Program-made: the position numbers and the translations under genes
Assembly: GCA_017499595.2 (NCBI GenBank)
Contig: CM039009.1
Location: 1,426,001-1,490,000, forward strand
Direction: 5' to 3'
From: Psilocybe cubensis
Lineage: Eukaryota
Length of the DNA stretch: 64,000 nucleotides
Part shown: piece by piece, positions 59,200 through 64,000 of the stretch
Numbering within the stretch: position 1 is the stretch's first letter
Layout: each line of letters begins with the position of its first letter
Notes under the pieces: model-generated
The model's input: only the letters and a program-made list of their open reading frames with translations
The model's database searches: none
What the model was told of the DNA's origin: nothing

Positions 59200-60704
59200 G
59201 ATAACGATGACGAGAGACAGAGGCAGAGATGGAGCGTGTGTGGGGGCGGGGGTGGGGGGAGGATGACGAGAGAAAGTAGAAACACGCACATTTGCAGTTG
59301 GCTGTCGGTATACACTGTAAAGAACGAGTTCGTCGAGGCCTCCATTCCTAGCGCTAAATCCTAATCCTATCCCTCCCCTCTCTGATATAAGTTGGAACTT
59401 GGAAACTTTTGCGTCAAGCGAAAGCGAAAGCGAGTTCTTTTGCGGGTCGAAGTCAATGATACAACACAAAGAAGGAAGAAAGGGAAGAGCAGACGGAATG
59501 AACAAAGCAATGGAGTGGCAAGAGGGTAAGGGAGAGAAAGAGGGGAAACAAGATACGGGGACACCGCCTCTGATATGTATAGGGATCCGCGTATACATGA
59601 CATTTCCCAACATATCGACAAACGCGACAAACGACAAAAACGCAAAAAAAAGGAGAAAGGAGAAGCAACTCACTGAATAAGCACGGTAAAAACGGTAAAA
59701 ACGTACCCTCCCAGGCTTGACAACGGATAGAACAGGATAGGATGGGATGGGACAGAGATCGAGAGCCCCGCGGAGTTTTTTTTGTCGTTTCCTAGTTCCT
59801 GGAGGGTTGTCGCATCCCGCGCAAAGGGAAAGGGCTCTCGAGGGTGTACCGTTGTATGTAATATAAAATAGGGTAATTATAAGACCCTTGCTCAAATTAC
59901 AACGCTGGTCGGTCCTGGGTTGGGTTGGGTCTCGGGCTTTATATATGTGCTTAAAGGTATGATATATGGAGCGCGGCGGCGGCGGCGGCTCGGGAAAACC
60001 TCTGGTTCTGGCAGACTGGTGCTGGTGGCTACGTATGCCTATACTTACCTGTAACTGCAAGTGCAATCCTTGGGCTGGGCAGGTTCATTCGGCCGCTTTG
60101 TGGGCTGAATGAATGGGTGGATCTGGACGGACGATCTGGGGGCCAGAAAAGGATATTAATGTGGGTGTCGAGGTCGGGGTTAAGCTATTGCGATTGCTAT
60201 GATGTGAATGTGAAGGAGGGGAAAGGGACCAGGGGGAGCGGTGATTGGCTCGAGATAACTATGTACATAATTCAACTTACCGGGGCCAGATGTATATGAA
60301 TGTACATAAAAGAGAAGGGCGGTCCTCGCTGGCTTTGAAACTCCTTCAATGCGAGTGCATGTAACGAGGTCCGAGGAACAGGTGGATAGAGAGACATGCG
60401 CTGCCAGTGGTAATTAATAATGATAATGCGCCGGGGCCGGATGATTGCTGATCTGGACAGAAACGAGAAAAATGAAAAGGTATAACATAACAAGAAGTAC
60501 TTACCAGGGTCCGCCGCTGGCTGACCAAGTGAGGCTCCAAGACGGGCCAGAACCCAGGACCCGCGAACTGACATTGGCGCTGAGGTTTGCATACGTAAAT
60601 GAAACTTTTTGATACATCAGTGATGCAGTGATGTAGTGATTCACCGATGTATGATAACCAGGCCCAGGTTGATGGAATGCGACACTGGACTGTAAACTCT
60701 AAGA

Positions 60705-60756
60705 CGTCTGAGTATCAACTTGTCGCACTGAGCGTCTGAGTATCAGCTTGTCGCAC
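60705..60756. repeat. 28-bp tandem duplication (CGTCTGAGTATCARCTTGTCGCAC x2)
   Basis: Seen directly downstream of EAF3; one mismatch over 24 nt. Confidence 0.8.
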
Positions 60757-61174
60757 GAACGTAGATTCGCAAAAAAGCGTACGTACCTTCCTACGTCTCT
60801 TAAACACAAACACACCCGCAACCGCAACAAAAGACAAGAAAGGAAAAGATGAGGACGGAGATTCCGACTTTTAACTTGAAGCAGACTTCAAGTGAATTGC
60901 ATGCGTATAATATTGATGATATTGATGTTGGGAATTCAGTAATGACACAATGAAAGGAAAGAAAGAAAAGAAAGTGAATAAAAAAAGAGAAACAAGAACA
61001 AGCAGAAAAAGACAAGAAAAGACGCTAAGGCTAAAGCTAAAGCTAACGGCAAAACGAAGAAGCGGTTACATAAACTGAACAAAGAAAAACAAGGATAAGT
61101 ACGTACGTAGACAAGACTACATAGAGAAGGGAAGTCGGGATGGGTTGGGAGCGAAGAAGAGGAAAGGAGCAATA

Positions 61175-62861
61175 TCATGCTCTAGATAGATTCTGATAAT
61201 CCAGCGCAGCATTCTGATACTGCTTCAAAAACAGTCTATCCTTCTCGCGCACCATGTATCTAGAATAAGCATGTGTTAGTCGATATGGGATATGGGCAAA
61301 TAGGGGAAATGAAGGTGAAGATGAATCAACGAGTGAAGGAATGGATAGATAGAAGAGAAATGGGAAATGGGATGCAAATACGAAATATGGGTAAATGAGG
61401 AAATGGAAAAGGAAAAGATAAACTTACGCCATCAATTCATTCGCATAATCGCGGATGAGAATGACAGACTCCGAGTCGAGTGACGTAGCTGCTATCATTT
61501 GTGGCAGGCTCACTGTAACGTATATGAATAGTTATAAGTCAGATATTCACAAAACGACGGGTAAAAAGATGAGGAGACGTAAGAGAGGGGACTAGAATCA
61601 GCCCGCAGTCGGGGTTCAACGGCGACACCGGTACGAAGGGACGAGCGACCAAGGAAGGAGAGCAAACCCAAAAAAAAAACAACGCAGACGTACCCAACAT
61701 CCTCAACAAATGCTCCGCGCCATAAATGCAACTCATCTCCTTCTCCTGCCCCACAATAACCTTCGGACCCGTCCAATACTCCCTCCGGACATTCGCGTAC
61801 TGGACCCGCTCGAAGCGGTAGAGAAGCGTGCTTCCGAGCGCTTTGTCAAAGTAGATTTGGAGGCCTTCGATTACGGTTTGGATTACGAGCGTTGGTTCTT
61901 TTAGACTGGAAGCGAGCGATAACAGGGAGGGAGGTGGTGGAAGGACGATTATGAGAAGTGCACAGCCTGAATGAATGGGAAGTAAACGCGGCTTACTGAG
62001 GCGGCTTCGTCGTCTTCACATACTCCGCAAAGTCAGCGAGAACCTGTACGACATTCGGCTCGCGAGGTAGTGTCACCAGCTATATTCAAGTTTACATATA
62101 TACATGTATTTGTATTGTGTTCGTTAGACGATAGTCGTTCGTAAGTTGCTAAGCTGCGCACCTGGTTGTTTTTTGTCACTGCTTCCCAGTCGTCTACTAG
62201 TACGGATTTGAGAGCTTCTGGCACGTTGAGTTTCATGTCGATTTTTTTGTTGCTGTCATCCTGAGCATGAAAGAGGGCATCCAGTCAGTCACAGAACAAA
62301 AAACGCAAGACGCCCCATAAAGAACCACAGAACCCTCCAAAGCCAAACTCCCACCCAAACCGCAAAAAAAAGCAGCACACTCACCTCCTCCCGCGCCCTC
62401 TTCGTCCCGCGCGTCCCATCCTTCCTCGTCACTGCCCTCGTACTGACATTATCCTTACTCCCAGCACCACCACCAGCCGCCGACTTGTTCTGCGCCTTGG
62501 AGGCCGTCGAGCCGCCGTGGATGTTGCCCGGGTTCGCCTGCTGCAGGCTCTTCTGCGTTGCGAGGTTCGCTTCGGTGAGCTTGAGGAGGCGGGTGGAGGG
62601 TACCCATTCATCCCAGCTGTGGAGGGGGGTGTTAAGAAAGCCTAAAAACCGAAAAAAAGTAAAACACACGTACGTCTGCTTCCACCCTTTATAATGTACC
62701 AAATAATGCGGGCCCGCAACGCCCGTGGTAGGACTAGGCGAGGCCGCGTCGAAAGTTTTCGTTTTGAGGACTTTGGCTTCGTAGATGAGCGGGCCGTGGT
62801 AGCACAGCACGCGCTCTTGGGCGTTGAAGATGGGTTGGGCGGTGGAGGATGTCGTGGACAT
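61175..62861 (-). CDS. EAF3: Eaf3/MRG15 (chromo-barrel plus MRG domain; NuA4/Rpd3S subunit)
   Basis: ERVLCYHGPLIYEAKVLK...HYLVHYKGWKQT/WDEWVP; LKSVLVDDWEAVTKNNQ; GLQIYFDKALGSTLLYRFERVQY; IYGAEHLLRML. Confidence 0.95.
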
Positions 62862-64000
62862 GGTGGTGGTGAAGGTGAGTGAGGAAGGTGAGTGATTCAG
62901 AGATGCCGTCACGGTGCGGGTCGGCGGTCACGTAGTCGGGTCGGACGGCGGTTCGCTGCTCGCTGCTCGCTGCTCGATGCTCGATGCTCGACGGATTCCG
63001 GTCACTGTTCGATGCTCGACGTCCGGTGTCCAATCTTCAATATAATCTTCAGCTTCAACGTCCAGCCGTAGTTATAGTCGCAGTCGTAGACAGCTTGATT
63101 TACAATCACAACCAGAAACGCTCCTTGTCAGACCTTGTTTCCCTTTGCCCAAAAACGAAAAACACAAAAAAATTGAGTTGGCGAGAGAGAGAGAGAGAGA
63201 CGCGAAGATGAAAGACCCGTCGGTCGAAAACCTTCTGTGGCGTGGAACAAATAAATTGTCGCGCGGGTTTACGTTTTTGTGTGTCACCGTTGAAAGGACT
63301 TTTTGATGATTTGCGCCTTTGTTTTACTAACGTCGCGTTGCGTTGCGTATGTGTAGTATGGCGTTTTATCTGTGCAAGTGTGTGGGTGATTAATGGCAGT
63401 CCGAGTCAACGAATGCAAGGGTTGTTAGTGGCAGAACTCTGCTGTATTCTGGTGGTATTCCGCCAACCAGGTGTTCGGGAGTGTCCCGGCGGAGAACGAA
63501 ACAGAGTCATCGAAGTACAAATTCGTGGGAGATATATTCTTTAACCTCCACTTCATTGAAGATCATCACAGACAATTGTGATGAACGTCGGTATGCTTTT
63601 GGGTACGCCCTCTTCCTGAATCCTAAAATACTTACTCATATTGGGAAAAATCAACTCCGCAGCGCGAAAGGGCTGAAAACTGGAGCCGGCAAATTGGGAC
63701 TTGTCTGACATTCCTTAAAATTTCTATGCATAACCAGCTTCATCACCGTTATTCTTACATGTAAGTGACTTGATATGTACTTCCTGATTTTATTCTTGAA
63801 ATCAGTTGATATAGCTGCACGGCCCTTCCCATACCTTCCTACCTCAGATTACACCCCAGCGTTTAAACCCGCCAGTTCATTGAGAAAATGTGACCGTGGA
63901 CTGGCATCAGGCGCGCATCATCATGATTATCTGCCAACCGTATTTTCTTCAAAATTAACATATACTATGGCTCTCGATGAAAGGACACGGTACTTCTCCA

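Noticed and set aside
59026-60066. 346-aa minus-strand ORF
   Set aside because: Mostly pyrimidine-rich leader or promoter sequence with non-protein-like composition. Only the last part overlaps the likely start of the DUF6533 gene.
60705-60756. CRISPR-like repeat
   Set aside because: Only two adjacent units, no spacers, eukaryotic context; a simple tandem duplication.
1-64000. tRNA, rRNA or snRNA genes
   Set aside because: No cloverleaf, T-loop or rRNA signatures recognised by eye. tRNAscan-SE and Infernal would be needed to exclude them.
63242-64000. Possible gene start divergent from EAF3
   Set aside because: Only short ORFs without recognisable motifs, and the window ends before a model can be built.

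Overview
Eukaryotic, intron-rich DNA with short GT-AG introns and CTRAC-type branch sites. The gene content points to an agaricomycete (mushroom-forming basidiomycete) chromosome; this is an inference. Conserved genes recognised: an EOS1-type N-glycosylation protein, an FMO-like flavin monooxygenase, a VOC/glyoxalase, Shp1/p47 (SEP+UBX), a WRAP53/TCAB1-like WD40 protein, a Prx5-type peroxiredoxin and Eaf3/MRG15. These are interleaved with expanded families: five F-box(-like)/LRR-type genes, four DUF6533-type membrane proteins and a tail-to-tail pair of long coiled-coil genes. Three young mobile elements can be delimited to the base by target-site duplications (TSDs). (1) A ~1.5 kb poly(A)-tailed non-LTR retroelement encoding only an ORF1/Gag-like protein with no RT, in a 53-nt intron of a DUF6533 gene and in frame with the host exon. 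(2) A 1265-bp non-autonomous TIR DNA transposon with TATGG..CCATA ends and a 6-bp TSD (IS3EU-like), whose ends create a GT..AG pair that would splice it out exactly. (3) An intact 6456-bp Ty3/Gypsy chromovirus with identical 181-bp LTRs, a Tf1-type self-priming PBS, a -1 frameshift signal and an extra AUG-less ORF upstream of gag. Elements 2 and 3 interrupt the same F-box-like gene, whose frame is restored when both are removed. Exon boundaries and family names were read by eye and were not confirmed by database search.
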